Below are positions 28,005-37,603 of a stretch of 64,000 bases of DNA, in pieces. Location: assembly GCA_026396615.1 (NCBI GenBank), contig JAPLWK010000011.1:962-64961 (forward strand), in the 5' to 3' direction. Source of the stretch: a candidate division WWE3 bacterium (GTDB lineage Bacteria; Patescibacteriota; WWE3; JAPLWK01). The notes under the pieces are model-generated. The model was given only the letters and a program-made list of their open reading frames with translations, was not told where the DNA came from and did not search any database. Position 1 is the stretch's first letter. Each line of letters opens with the position of its first letter. The translations under genes were made by a program, and so were the position numbers.

Positions 28005-29450
28005 CTAACTGGAGACCCTAGGAAACAACGCCCCTATAAACTTAATCTCGCCACTTAACCCAGTAACCAGTTTCTCTGACGTCCCAGGTATTATTGGCGA
28101 AATTAATATGGCAATTTCTAAAATCTTCGGAATCAGCGTCTTTAAATAGGTTTGACGTTTTTCCGCGTCTTCAATTTCCCACGGTTTCGCTTCCTGCAAC
28201 TCCTTATTTACAACCGTCACTTTCGCCGCAATATCTTCAACCGCTTGCGAAAAGTGCAAAGTCTCTATAGCGGTCTTAAAAATCTGACTTGATTCAAGAG
28301 CAATGACATCTTTAAAAGTCGATACAACTTCATCATTCTTTAATTTGACTTGTTCCGCGAGTCTCGTAAACCGACTAAATAAATTTCCCAAATTATTAGC
28401 CAGGTCGGAATTATATTTCTGCGTAAAGCGAGAAAAACCAACGTCACTATCGTCATCTCTTGGAAAATAGGCAGCGATTAAAAAACGCGCGCCATCAACG
28501 CCGTATCTATCTATTAAGTCCTGTGGCGTTATGACGTTACCGAGTGACTTACTCATCTTTTGGCCGTCAACCATAAAATAACTATGAATAAAAACTTCTT
28601 TTGGTAGAGGAAGTTCTAGGGAGATAAGCATTGCTGTCCATAACACAGCGTGGAACCACGCGATGTCTTTGGCTATTGTATGATGCATATTTTCAAAAAA
28701 ACCAGGCCGATCAAAAATTTTAGTAGCCGTATAGTAGTTAGGTAAGGCATCAAACCAAACATAGATGGTTTGTGAGTTGTCCCATGGAATCGGAATTCCC
28801 CACGGAACAACTTTGGCTTGCCTGGAAATACTTGTATCGGGAATATCTCCAAGTTTTAGTTTACTTAATATTTCGTTACGTTTCGAAATTGGATTAATTT
28901 CAAAATGATTTTTGTCGTTGGGATCTTCAATTGCTCTAATTAAGGTATCGACATATTTTGAGAGCTTAAAAAAATAGTTTTCCTCTTTTAATTTTTCCGG
29001 AACGCGATTATGAAGCGGGCATTTTCCATCTACGAGTTCGCTTTCGGTTACAAATTTTTCACAACCGACGCAATAAAGGCCTTCGTAGACTCCTTTGTAA
29101 ATGTCGCCCTTATCATAGGTTTTCTGAGTTAATTCCTGAACAATCTTAATATGCTCGGGATTTGTTGTTCTAATAAAGGCATTAAAAGAAAGGTTAATTT
29201 TTAACCAGTTACTTTCAAACTTTGGCGCAATGAAGTCACAATAGTCTTTGGGAGACATTCCAGCTTTGGTTGCTGCTTCGGCCACTTTGGCCCCGTGCTC
29301 GTCAGTGCCGGTTAAAAAGAAGGTATCGTCACCCAGTAATCGGTGGTAACGGGCCAAGATATCAGCCGCGACAGTCGTGCAAGTATGCCCAATATGCGGC
29401 ACGTCGTTAACGTAATATATAGGTGTAGTGACGTAATATTTTTTTAACAT
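28005..29450 (-). CDS. metG: Methionyl-tRNA synthetase (no C-terminal tRNA-binding domain)
   Basis: TTPIYYVN, HIGH, GTDEHG, YVWFDAL, KMSKSLGN. Confidence 0.97.
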   Translation of the reverse strand: MLKKYYVTTPIYYVNDVPHIGHTCTTVAADILARYHRLLGDDTFFLTGTDEHGAKVAEAATKAGMSPKDYCDFIAPKFESNWLKINLSFNAFIRTTNPEHIKIVQELTQKTYDKGDIYKGVYEGLYCVGCEKFVTESELVDGKCPLHNRVPEKLKEENYFFKLSKYVDTLIRAIEDPNDKNHFEINPISKRNEILSKLKLGDIPDTSISRQAKVVPWGIPIPWDNSQTIYVWFDALPNYYTATKIFDRPGFFENMHHTIAKDIAWFHAVLWTAMLISLELPLPKEVFIHSYFMVDGQKMSKSLGNVITPQDLIDRYGVDGARFLIAAYFPRDDDSDVGFSRFTQKYNSDLANNLGNLFSRFTRLAEQVKLKNDEVVSTFKDVIALESSQIFKTAIETLHFSQAVEDIAAKVTVVNKELQEAKPWEIEDAEKRQTYLKTLIPKILEIAILISPIIPGTSEKLVTGLSGEIKFIGALFPRVSS

Positions 29451-29472
29451 GTGTTAATTTTAACACTAACGA

Positions 29473-29844
29473 CTAATTTATTCGGCTACGATGCCAAAAA
29501 TAGAATTCGACGGCCACTAAAAATAAAATTACTAAAATAATATTTAGTTTCGTAGCCACGTTCCAAAATTTAAAACCTAGTGACAAAGTCAGAAATAGGG
29601 ACAAGAGGATGCCCCGACGTAAGGCATTTCTGTAAATATACCGCGGCTCACTAAAAATACTTTTGTTAAGCGTCACCAATTTATAAATAACGACCGAAAA
29701 AGCCAGGCTAATTGTTATAAGCAAATCTACCAAAAAAATGATCTTGTTGGGAACTGTCGTTGGTGGAATTTTAAAAAAAATAAGAACTAAACTAATTAGG
29801 AATAATAAATTAATAGTGATAATGGTATATATAAATCGAGGCAT
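29473..29844 (-). CDS. Hypothetical 4-TM membrane protein
   Basis: Four hydrophobic helices, ALRRGILL motif; tightly packed operon-like spacing. Confidence 0.6.
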   Translation of the reverse strand: MPRFIYTIITINLLFLISLVLIFFKIPPTTVPNKIIFLVDLLITISLAFSVVIYKLVTLNKSIFSEPRYIYRNALRRGILLSLFLTLSLGFKFWNVATKLNIILVILFLVAVEFYFWHRSRIN

Positions 29845-29847
29845 ATA

Positions 29848-30966
29848 TTACTTAGTTAACGGTGAGGAGATCCAAGAGGTGTCAACAGCGGGAACATAAG
29901 CGGTAAAATCGCCATCACTGCCTCCGGTAGTTTTAAATAGGCCGCTAAAAATATAAATTGGTTGTAAGTAATTTTGTATTTTATCGTTGTCGTAATAGCC
30001 AAGTTCCACGGTCCGCACGGAAACTTGAGTGATATTTAAAGGCGAATAAGTGGCGTAAGCATCCTGCCCCCGTAGTTTTAAATAAACGTAACCGCCAACC
30101 CCGCTTTTTAGTTCCGAAAAAGCTTTATCCACAGATTTTAAAGGGTAAGTGCCCACTTTAGTAGTTTCCAGCGGCCATGAATTATAGGTAATAAGTGGAT
30201 ACGTCGCTTGGGGATTGCCACTAATTAAAACCCTAATCAGACCTTTTGAAGGGTCGGCGCCATAAATATTTAACTTATCGGCTTGTCGAAATAAACTAAC
30301 ATCGACTAACTGGGCTTCAGAAATGCTTCCGGCCTCCGCTAAATTACCGGTAACGATTTTAACTAAAGTGGTTTTTTGAGTTCCTGAAATATAATCGGTG
30401 GTTAAAAGTTGTTTATTTGTAAATAATCCCAAAGCGGAGTTAATGGCTTGGGCTTGAGTGGGCGAAGTGCCAGGCTCCAAATTTAGTGACAAGGTGGGGT
30501 TATCTGTCGCAATATTAAAATTACCGGTAACAATATTTATGTCAAACGTCCGGCTCCCCGGTACGTCATCAAAATGAAGTTCTGACGAGGAAACGCGAGT
30601 CGGTTCGTTATTAAAACTAAAGGAATGAGCAAGGGCCCGAGCCCTAGATTCGGAAAGTAAAGTCGCCGGAGCGTGTGGAATAGCAAAAACTTTGGCTTGA
30701 ATTGGTAGGTTGGGAAACTTGCCTGTCGGCGTGTCGACGGTATAAGCAATACTTTCTACTCCTTCGACTTTAAGATGAGGCACGGTAATTGGTGGGAGTT
30801 TTCCAAAAATCGTGGTCACGGGCGGCGGGGCCGGCGGGTTAATATTAAGATACAAAGCCCGTACTAAAACAAAAAAGTATTTAAAAATAAAAAACCCAAC
30901 CAAGAAAAAAACCATTATTACGGCCAGTCTTTTTACCAATATGGCGGTATCGGTCAGGTTCACCAT
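29848..30966 (-). CDS. Hypothetical membrane-anchored extracytoplasmic protein
   Basis: N-terminal TM, FGKLP, YPLKS, YLQPIYIF motifs. Confidence 0.6.
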   Translation of the reverse strand: MVNLTDTAILVKRLAVIMVFFLVGFFIFKYFFVLVRALYLNINPPAPPPVTTIFGKLPPITVPHLKVEGVESIAYTVDTPTGKFPNLPIQAKVFAIPHAPATLLSESRARALAHSFSFNNEPTRVSSSELHFDDVPGSRTFDINIVTGNFNIATDNPTLSLNLEPGTSPTQAQAINSALGLFTNKQLLTTDYISGTQKTTLVKIVTGNLAEAGSISEAQLVDVSLFRQADKLNIYGADPSKGLIRVLISGNPQATYPLITYNSWPLETTKVGTYPLKSVDKAFSELKSGVGGYVYLKLRGQDAYATYSPLNITQVSVRTVELGYYDNDKIQNYLQPIYIFSGLFKTTGGSDGDFTAYVPAVDTSWISSPLTK

Positions 30967-31007
30967 TAGATTATAGCTGAATTTACGTTATAATAAACGA
31001 ATTATTT

Positions 31008-32477
31008 ATGGTTCGCACCCGCATCGCCCCCAGCCCCACCGGCGAATTTCACGTAGGGCACATTCGCACATTACTTTATAACTACGCCCTGGCTAAAAAT
31101 GCCGGTGGCACTTTTGTGGTACGAATTGAAGATACGGATCGCGAGCGTTATGTGCCTGGCGCGGTTGAGAAGATTTTAGAAATTATTAAAGATTACGGTT
31201 TATCTTGGGACGAGGGACCAATTGTCGGCGGCCCTTACGCGCCATACGTACAATCAGAGCGACTTGATATTTACAAAAAATATTCTCTAGAATTAGTTGA
31301 AAAAGGCGCAGCTTACTACTGTTTTTGTACATCCGAAAGATTAGATGAGATGCGAGCTAAACAGCGAGAATTGGGGTACGCCGCGACGAGATACGACGGC
31401 CGTTGTCGTGATCTCTCTAATACAGAAGTGACGAAAAAGCTAGCAGCCAAAATGCCTTTCGTAATTCGACTTAAAGTTCCCAAGGATCAAAAGATTACTT
31501 TTCACGACGAGGTTCTAGGTGACATGTCTTTTGACAGCAACGAAATTGATGATCAAGTACTTTTAAAGTCTGACGGCTTTCCAACGTATCAACTGGCGGT
31601 GGTTATTGATGATCATTTGATGAATATTACGCATGTAATGCGCGGCATCGACTGGTTGCCATCCACCCCTAAGCACGTTTTACTTTACCAGGCTTTTGGT
31701 TGGGAATTCCCGAAGCATATTCATTTACCAAACTTAAAAGAGGTCGGTGAAAATAAAAAACTTTCTAAACGACATGGGTCTGTAGCAGCTTTAGAATTTT
31801 TGCAAGAAGGCTATTTGCCGGAGGCAATTTTAAACTTTTTGATGCTACTGGGCTGGTCCCCCAAAGTCGAAAAAGAAATTATGACAGTACCGGAATTTGT
31901 AGCCGAATTTGCGATTGATCGCATTCACCAAACGGACCTGGTTGCTTTCGACCGCCAAAAACTGCTCTGGCTTAATGGCGCTTACATTAGAAACATGGCT
32001 GTTGCAGAACTGTATGACCGGCTGACCCGGTGGTCCCAGAAGTTTGGAGTTAATATTAATACGACAGGGTTTGACCGAATCTATATTGAGAAAGTTTTGA
32101 CATTAACGCAAGACCGATTAAAATTACTAAGTGATTTTCCAATTCTAAGTAATTATTTCTTTACCGAACCTAATATAGATGTAGATCTATTAGTTAAGCA
32201 GTCCAAAGACGTCGCCAAATGCCAAGAAATAATTATAAAATTTATAACAGCTGTAGCAAATATCCCCAACTGGACCAAGGAAAATCTAGAAGTCGTGGGG
32301 CACCAAGTGCTACTTGATAATAATTACAAACCCAAAGAAGCCTTTATGACAATTCGCATCACCGTTTGCGGTGTTGAGGCAACTCCACCACTTTTTGATA
32401 CACTGGAAGTACTTGGAAAAGACGTTGTTTTAAAACGTCTGGAGAAGGCCCTAAATGACTGCCCCGCTAAAACCTAA
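31008..32477 (+). CDS. gltX: Glutamyl-tRNA synthetase
   Basis: RIAPSPTG, HVGH, RIEDTD, YVQSER, DGFPTY, KKLSKRHG. Confidence 0.97.
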   Translation: MVRTRIAPSPTGEFHVGHIRTLLYNYALAKNAGGTFVVRIEDTDRERYVPGAVEKILEIIKDYGLSWDEGPIVGGPYAPYVQSERLDIYKKYSLELVEKGAAYYCFCTSERLDEMRAKQRELGYAATRYDGRCRDLSNTEVTKKLAAKMPFVIRLKVPKDQKITFHDEVLGDMSFDSNEIDDQVLLKSDGFPTYQLAVVIDDHLMNITHVMRGIDWLPSTPKHVLLYQAFGWEFPKHIHLPNLKEVGENKKLSKRHGSVAALEFLQEGYLPEAILNFLMLLGWSPKVEKEIMTVPEFVAEFAIDRIHQTDLVAFDRQKLLWLNGAYIRNMAVAELYDRLTRWSQKFGVNINTTGFDRIYIEKVLTLTQDRLKLLSDFPILSNYFFTEPNIDVDLLVKQSKDVAKCQEIIIKFITAVANIPNWTKENLEVVGHQVLLDNNYKPKEAFMTIRITVCGVEATPPLFDTLEVLGKDVVLKRLEKALNDCPAKT

Positions 32478-33405
32478 AAAATTCTTAAATACACCTGTCA
32501 AAGTGACAACTTCACCCAATCTCTGCGAAATAAAGAGTAAGTTGACCATTCACAAGCAAGCGGCCTACGAATCAATTAAGGATAAATTAAGTCCACAAGC
32601 TTTTTTGGCTCTTCAAAGCAGTCAAGCCAGAAATTTAATTGGCAGCACTCTTTCCGGCCTATTATTGTTGACCGCTGCCGTCCCTTCGTTACAACTTCCT
32701 CCGGCTAATCGCCTCTTACCAAAGACTGTTATGATCGCATCTAGTACCCCCAAAATATTAATTACTGAAGATTTGTCGACCATGTTGCCGCCAATTGGAG
32801 AAGTGGTTGACTCGTCTGCTGCCCAAAAACTCAGCAACTGGGCATCTCTCGTTTACGGTGTAATCGCAACAGCCAATCTTGATAACCAGACATTACCTAA
32901 TATTTACGGTTTAATGGGCGGCGAACAGCATTTACTGCGTTATCCGGGTGACGTCACGGAAGCTCATATGAGGGACGCCGAGGACTACGGCATGTACTTT
33001 GGCAGTGGTACGGCGCCTTTAACGGGTGCCTGGGGCTACTTTGCCTCGTCATCAAGTAAATTAACTGAAGATTTAGCTCAAAAAGAACGCTACTACGTGG
33101 CGGTAGAAACTTTTTTAATTCCTAACTGGAACAGTGACTGGGCCAAACTTAAAGAATGGTATAAATACCGAAAAGTAGCAGTGATTAATACTGTTACTAA
33201 ACAAGATCGTGTGGCGGTAGTTGGCGATAGTGGGCCTAGCCCCTGGACTGGTAAAATCTTTGGTGGTAGCCCCGAGGTAATGGAAGCGACGGGATTAGGG
33301 GCGGGACCCAGGAAGGGCCCAGTAGTAATTTTATTTGTAAATGATCCTACGGATGTAGTACCATTGGGGCCGTTACCTTTTGCTAATATAAGCCAGTATG
33401 TCTAA
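32455..33405 (+). CDS. Conserved hypothetical protein, possible double-psi beta-barrel C-terminus
   Basis: GGEQHLLRYPGD, GAWGYF, VAVVGDSGP...GGSPE motifs; function not assignable. Confidence 0.55.
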   Translation: MTAPLKPKKFLNTPVKVTTSPNLCEIKSKLTIHKQAAYESIKDKLSPQAFLALQSSQARNLIGSTLSGLLLLTAAVPSLQLPPANRLLPKTVMIASSTPKILITEDLSTMLPPIGEVVDSSAAQKLSNWASLVYGVIATANLDNQTLPNIYGLMGGEQHLLRYPGDVTEAHMRDAEDYGMYFGSGTAPLTGAWGYFASSSSKLTEDLAQKERYYVAVETFLIPNWNSDWAKLKEWYKYRKVAVINTVTKQDRVAVVGDSGPSPWTGKIFGGSPEVMEATGLGAGPRKGPVVILFVNDPTDVVPLGPLPFANISQYV

Positions 33406-33718
33406 AAAAGTATTTTTTTCGGAAATAATCGAATATGAAGAATTTATTCTCTTTTTTAAGGGTGAGAAGCTGGCCGAAATCGAGATAACTCAGGTAATTG
33501 CCGAACTGGAGGAAACTTTACACGCCAAAACCTTAGAATTTATTTTAGAAGAACTACCCCAAGAGCATCATGAGGAATTTTTAACGTTGTTTTTAGGCCA
33601 GCCCGAAGATGTAAGTCATTGGGACCGGCTAATTCTTAAAAAACCAGATATTAAAGAAAAAGTAACCACTAAAGTCCACCACTTTAAAAAAGAACTGCTC
33701 ACAGACTTAAAAAAATGA
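33398..33718 (+). CDS. Hypothetical acidic helical protein
   Basis: Overlaps both neighbours (8 bp and 4 bp), consistent with translational coupling. Confidence 0.6.
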   Translation: MSKKVFFSEIIEYEEFILFFKGEKLAEIEITQVIAELEETLHAKTLEFILEELPQEHHEEFLTLFLGQPEDVSHWDRLILKKPDIKEKVTTKVHHFKKELLTDLKK

Positions 33719-34581
33719 TAATTTTCGATGGTAAAGCACTAGCTTCGCAAATAGAATTAGATATAAAAAACAAATTTACCTCGCCGAAGCAAGTTTCGCC
33801 GGAGCGAAGCGGCGGCGAACGCAGCGTAGGCGGGCTTAATCTCGTTATTCTAGCCACCACCACCGACGAAGCCAGCAACACTTACGTGCGTATGAAACAA
33901 CGCCTGGGGGAGCGGCTGGGAGTTACCGTCCAAAAAGTAACGGTGACTGCCGAAACTTTATCCGATGAACTTAAAAAGTACGCTGCCATGACCGAGGTGA
34001 CTGGCCTTATGGTCCAGCTCCCTATCCCCAGTCTTGATAAAAAATCACTTAATAATGTACTGTCACTAATACCTCTTACTAAAGATGTCGATGGCTTAAA
34101 TCCCCAAAACTTAGCCTTAATTAAAACAGGCCAACAAACTTTTTTACCGGCTACAGTGTTAGCGGTGGAAAGAATTATCGCAGCAGCACCTTTAGAATTT
34201 AAACTGGGCTTAACCACGGCCGCTGTGGTGGGGGCCAACGGTATGGTGGGTGGGCCACTTAGCGATCGGCTAGAATATTTGGGTTTTAAAGTGGGTAGGT
34301 TCGACATTGGGGAAACATTGACGGAGCTGCGAGACTTTGACGTGGTGGTCAGCTGCACCGGCAGCCCTAAACTAATTACATCCGAGTTGATCAAACCAGG
34401 CGCTATCGTTATCGACGTTGGCTACCCTCAAGGTGATGTTGACTTTGAGAATGTTAAAAATAAAACCAGTTTTATTACCCCCGTCCCCGGCGGCGTCGGC
34501 CCCGTCACCGTAGCTTCTCTCATGGAAAACCTAGTCCAACTATGTCATTCCGGGCCCCGAAGGGGAGCCTTTGGCTCTTGA
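33715..34581 (+). CDS. folD: Bifunctional methylenetetrahydrofolate dehydrogenase/cyclohydrolase
   Basis: FDGKALA, YVRMK, MVQLP, KDVDGL, VIDVG, GDVD, ITPVPGGVGPVT; repeat-derived insert near the N-terminus and REP-derived C-terminus. Confidence 0.93.
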   Translation: MIIFDGKALASQIELDIKNKFTSPKQVSPERSGGERSVGGLNLVILATTTDEASNTYVRMKQRLGERLGVTVQKVTVTAETLSDELKKYAAMTEVTGLMVQLPIPSLDKKSLNNVLSLIPLTKDVDGLNPQNLALIKTGQQTFLPATVLAVERIIAAAPLEFKLGLTTAAVVGANGMVGGPLSDRLEYLGFKVGRFDIGETLTELRDFDVVVSCTGSPKLITSELIKPGAIVIDVGYPQGDVDFENVKNKTSFITPVPGGVGPVTVASLMENLVQLCHSGPRRGAFGS

Positions 34582-34594
34582 CCCGGAATCCAGT
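34543..34594. repeat. GTCATTCC-type REP with a nested 23-bp double-hairpin module, overlapping the folD stop
   Basis: gtcattccgggc[cccgaaggggagcctttggctc]ttgacccggaatccagt. Confidence 0.85.
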
Positions 34595-34620
34595 AAACGA
34601 TTGAAAAACTCAATAGAAAC

Positions 34621-34666
34621 AAAAAAGCCCCACTAATTTATACCAGTGTATAAACTACCAGGGGCT
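34621..34666 (-). terminator. Putative intrinsic terminator of the 34745-35152 gene
   Basis: Minus strand AGCCCC...TTTATAC/GTATAAA...GGGGCT followed by T6. Confidence 0.6.
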
Positions 34667-34744
34667 GCGATGTTAACCATGATGTGTCTGACCTTTTTCT
34701 AACGAAACTAACCTATCTAAACTAATCTTTTTACTTATAGAAAT

Positions 34745-35152
34745 TTACGAAATCGAAACGGAGAAAAATGTACGCCAGGGATCGATCTTTTTCGCTTCAA
34801 CATCTACAAGAATTTTTCCTAAATCCTCGCATGTCAAGCAACAAGATCTACTTTCTTTTTCCCCGGTACTTAAATTAGCGCTAGTTGGGATTTCCCAGCC
34901 GTCTTCGTAACTCCCAAAGTAGCTATTATTTTTCCCTGATTTAACACCATCTACTACTTTAGCCAGAGTAACCCTGATCCAAGATAATTTTACTTTCATC
35001 TCGAATACATGGAAAAGAGGATTTATAAAGATGTGATAATCTCCAATTTCTAAATCCACATCTAAAGCCTGAATCTCATATAAATCTGAGATTCCATCTA
35101 GCTGTCTGGCATCCGGTTCAAAAACAACTGTTGTCGCGTTCCAGGTCTTCAT
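34745..35152 (-). CDS. Hypothetical protein
   Basis: 135-aa ORF with SD (AGGAGG) and its own terminator. Confidence 0.55.
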   Translation of the reverse strand: MKTWNATTVVFEPDARQLDGISDLYEIQALDVDLEIGDYHIFINPLFHVFEMKVKLSWIRVTLAKVVDGVKSGKNNSYFGSYEDGWEIPTSANLSTGEKESRSCCLTCEDLGKILVDVEAKKIDPWRTFFSVSIS

Positions 35153-35220
35153 TTAAGACCCTCCTAAAAAGTAGTCAAGAAAGCTCGTGGAGCTTGCATT
35201 CGACTCCAGTGCAACCTTGC

Positions 35221-36308
35221 GTAGGTTCGCAAACGAAGTGCAACATTAGGTAAAATCACCAGGTTAAGGAGGTGATTAAATGCCTAGTTATGAACATCTA
35301 AATATTGAGGAACGAGAACGTCTTTTTGGTTGGCGGGAATCAGGAGTTTCTCTTCAAGAAATTGGAAGAAGACTTGGTAGAAATGTTTCGACTGTCTCTC
35401 GCGAACTGGAAAGGAACACATACTTTGGTAGGCAGTATCTCCCCTGTTTAGCTCAAAGAAGAGCTGAGAGGGTGGGACTAAAGCAACGTTACCAAGCGCC
35501 TTTAAAGAACCCAGAGGTGTTTCTGTATGTTCGAGAACACTTACGGCTACCACACCTGTGGTCACCGGAAGCAATTGCCGGAAGGATTGGAATTGACATT
35601 AAAGGAGCGAGAATCAATCAAGAGACCATCTATCGGTACATCTACGGGAGGAGAGGTAAGAAGTATAAATTGTGGCAATATTTGGAGTGTGGTCGGAAGA
35701 AACGGATGAAAAAAGATGGCCGCAGAGTCCACAATAAAGGCAAGGTGCCAAACGCCATATCGATTGATCTACGGCCCAAAGCGGTTAATAACAGAAAGGT
35801 CGTCGGTTACTGGGAGACAGATAACATTGAAGGTCCAAGGAAGTCAAAATCAGCTCTCTCCGTCATCTCTGAAAGATCGGTAAGAAGGGTGTTAATTAGT
35901 AAAATAGCTAATCAAACCGCAGTGGTTAAAACAGCCTCATTAGTACAAAGAATGAAGATTTATCCGCAGGCTCTTTTGGGGTCAATTACTCAAGATAACG
36001 GTCAGGAGAACTATTGCCACCAGGAAACTGGTAAGGCTTTAGGAACGACTATGTACTTCTGTAACGCCTATCACAGTTGGGAGAAAGGTGGTGTCGAAAA
36101 TCGTAATAAAGCCATCCGAAGATTCTTTCCCAAGGGAACGGATTTCGATCTAGTGTCAGATGAGGAAGTAGCGGTAGTAGAGTATATTATCAACAGTCGA
36201 CCAATGAAGTGCTTGAACTATTTGAAACCCTACGAGAAAATGCAACAGTTGGTGAGTAAGTTAGGATCAACTTAACGACCAAGTGTTGCACTTCCGCTGC
36301 GAATGTAC
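35221..36308 (+). mobile_element. IS30-family insertion sequence
   Basis: Imperfect ~27-bp terminal IRs: GTAGGTTCGCAAACGAAGTGCAACATT (35221) versus the reverse complement of the right end GTACATTCGCAGCGGAAGTGCAACACT (to 36308). Confidence 0.85.
35280..36275 (+). CDS. IS30-family DDE transposase
   Basis: HTH (EIGRRLGRNVSTVSRELERN), WSPEAIA, WETD, TQDNGQE, SWEKGGVENRN, RRFFPKG, NSRPMKCL. Confidence 0.95.
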   Translation: MPSYEHLNIEERERLFGWRESGVSLQEIGRRLGRNVSTVSRELERNTYFGRQYLPCLAQRRAERVGLKQRYQAPLKNPEVFLYVREHLRLPHLWSPEAIAGRIGIDIKGARINQETIYRYIYGRRGKKYKLWQYLECGRKKRMKKDGRRVHNKGKVPNAISIDLRPKAVNNRKVVGYWETDNIEGPRKSKSALSVISERSVRRVLISKIANQTAVVKTASLVQRMKIYPQALLGSITQDNGQENYCHQETGKALGTTMYFCNAYHSWEKGGVENRNKAIRRFFPKGTDFDLVSDEEVAVVEYIINSRPMKCLNYLKPYEKMQQLVSKLGST

Positions 36309-36334
36309 CTGTGAGGTTGCAATTCAAATAAAAC

Positions 36335-36359
36335 GTAGAGGCGATTCACGAATCGCCCT
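36335..36359. repeat. GTAG-type REP palindrome
   Basis: gtagaggcgattcacgaatcgccct. Confidence 0.8.
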
Positions 36360-36373
36360 TAATCCACAAAAAC

Positions 36374-36432
36374 AAAAAACGGCGAGGTCTGTAGTTTCTC
36401 CTTGCGGATACTTGCTACATACTTCGCCGTTT
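36374..36432 (-). terminator. Putative terminator hairpin of the 36440-36886 gene
   Basis: aaacggcgag...ttcgccgttt stem followed by a T-run on the minus strand. Confidence 0.55.
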
Positions 36433-36439
36433 CGCTAAC

Positions 36440-36886
36440 CTAGAACCATATAGGCCCCCTGCTGCCCCAAGAAATCGGAAGGTGAGTGGTACTGCAACCG
36501 TATTGGCCGCGGCGCTGCTTCTTCCAAATTGCTACAGAGCTTGTGGTTATTGGCAAGTTGATGACAATCAGGCGTATTTGGCTGTCCTTCACGAACCGAA
36601 CCAACGCCACTTCGACATCAGCTTGTTTACCAGCGTCTACTATAATCGTCTGCTCTTCCTCGAAAATAGGAAGAATCTCTGACGATTTACCGTAGGCATA
36701 GTAAGCGCCAATACTCCGGTCGAGCCTGAGAGTAACGTTTCCAAAGCTGATCTTTGGACGATACGTTACCTCGTGCTTTCCGCCCCAAAGTCCGAACAGG
36801 TAGAACAGGACCGCTTCACGCCATTTCGTCTCTGGGAAGCAAGTCAGCCCACTTACCTGTAAGTCCTTGTATTCGTTCTCTGCCAT
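36440..36886 (-). CDS. Hypothetical protein
   Basis: 148-aa ORF with SD GAAGGAG, upstream promoter and downstream terminator. Confidence 0.55.
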   Translation of the reverse strand: MAENEYKDLQVSGLTCFPETKWREAVLFYLFGLWGGKHEVTYRPKISFGNVTLRLDRSIGAYYAYGKSSEILPIFEEEQTIIVDAGKQADVEVALVRFVKDSQIRLIVINLPITTSSVAIWKKQRRGQYGCSTTHLPISWGSRGPIWF

Positions 36887-37078
36887 GTCGTTCTCCTTCC
36901 CTTATGGGGAAAGTACTTCTTAGTACCACACTCCTGGTCCTCCCAGCAGGTGAACTATGAAGATTACTACATTTCTGCAGCAACAAGCGAAGGGCTATCT
37001 AATTAACCTTCTGATTGTTACTGCGGAAATATATTGATTTAGGGGACTATTTGGATATTCGATTCGATTTGTGCCACT

Positions 37079-37107
37079 ATTATAACACTACAGGGTATAT
37101 TTGTCGA
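37079..37107 (-). promoter_or_regulatory. Sigma70-type promoter for the 36886 gene and its long leader
   Basis: TCGACA-17 nt-TATAAT with an extended -10 TG. Confidence 0.65.
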
Positions 37108-37130
37108 GAGGGTACGTATCGATTTGAGTT

Positions 37131-37180
37131 ACTGGATTCCCTGCCAGTTGGCGGGCAGGCGGCTCTAGGGCCGGAATGAC
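37131..37180. repeat. GTCATTCC-type REP (reverse) with a nested cctgcc...ggcagg hairpin
   Basis: actggattcc[ctgccagttggcgggcaggc]ggctctagggccggaatgac; compare the simple copy at 48202-48231. Confidence 0.75.
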
Positions 37181-37186
37181 TTGTCT

Positions 37187-37603
37187 TTAACGCTTGGAGT
37201 ATTGCGGAGCTTTGCGAGCCTTGTGCATGTAGTATTTTTTGGGCTCTACTTCGCGAGAGTCACGGCGTAACAAATTATTCTTCCTAAGAATAGTTTCAAA
37301 AGAAGCATCAAAGGCCGACAAGGCTCTGGAAATACCTAAAGTGATAGCCTCAAGTTGGCTGTTACGGCCACCACCAGAAACTTTAATGGAACCAGCAAAT
37401 TTAGCATGTGGGTGAGAAATACCTACTAAATGGAAGGGCTTAAGCCAAGCTTGCTTCTCATCTTCAGTCACCATTACTTCCGTAATTAACTTGTCATTAA
37501 TAGTGTATTCCCCTTTTCCCGGGGTTAACCATACCCGAGCCACGGCGCTTTTACGCCGGCCGGTCCCACTATAAAATTTTTCTTTTGGTTTATTTTCTGC
37601 CAT
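37187..37603 (-). CDS. rpsI: 30S ribosomal protein S9
   Basis: GTGRRKSAVARV, GGG, KARKAPQYSKR. Confidence 0.97.
   Translation of the reverse strand: MAENKPKEKFYSGTGRRKSAVARVWLTPGKGEYTINDKLITEVMVTEDEKQAWLKPFHLVGISHPHAKFAGSIKVSGGGRNSQLEAITLGISRALSAFDASFETILRKNNLLRRDSREVEPKKYYMHKARKAPQYSKR

Noticed and set aside
33882-34394. Other short antisense or nested ORFs in the track (this 170-aa ORF, 15574-15930, 38555-38908, 57085-57465 and similar)
   Set aside because: They lie opposite or within well-supported genes and show no motifs or start signals.
37140-37151. 12-nt match (cctgccagttgg) between the nested REP hairpin and the DUF3800-associated RNA
   Set aside because: Too short to distinguish from chance, and the insert fits a generic cctgcc...ggcagg hairpin.
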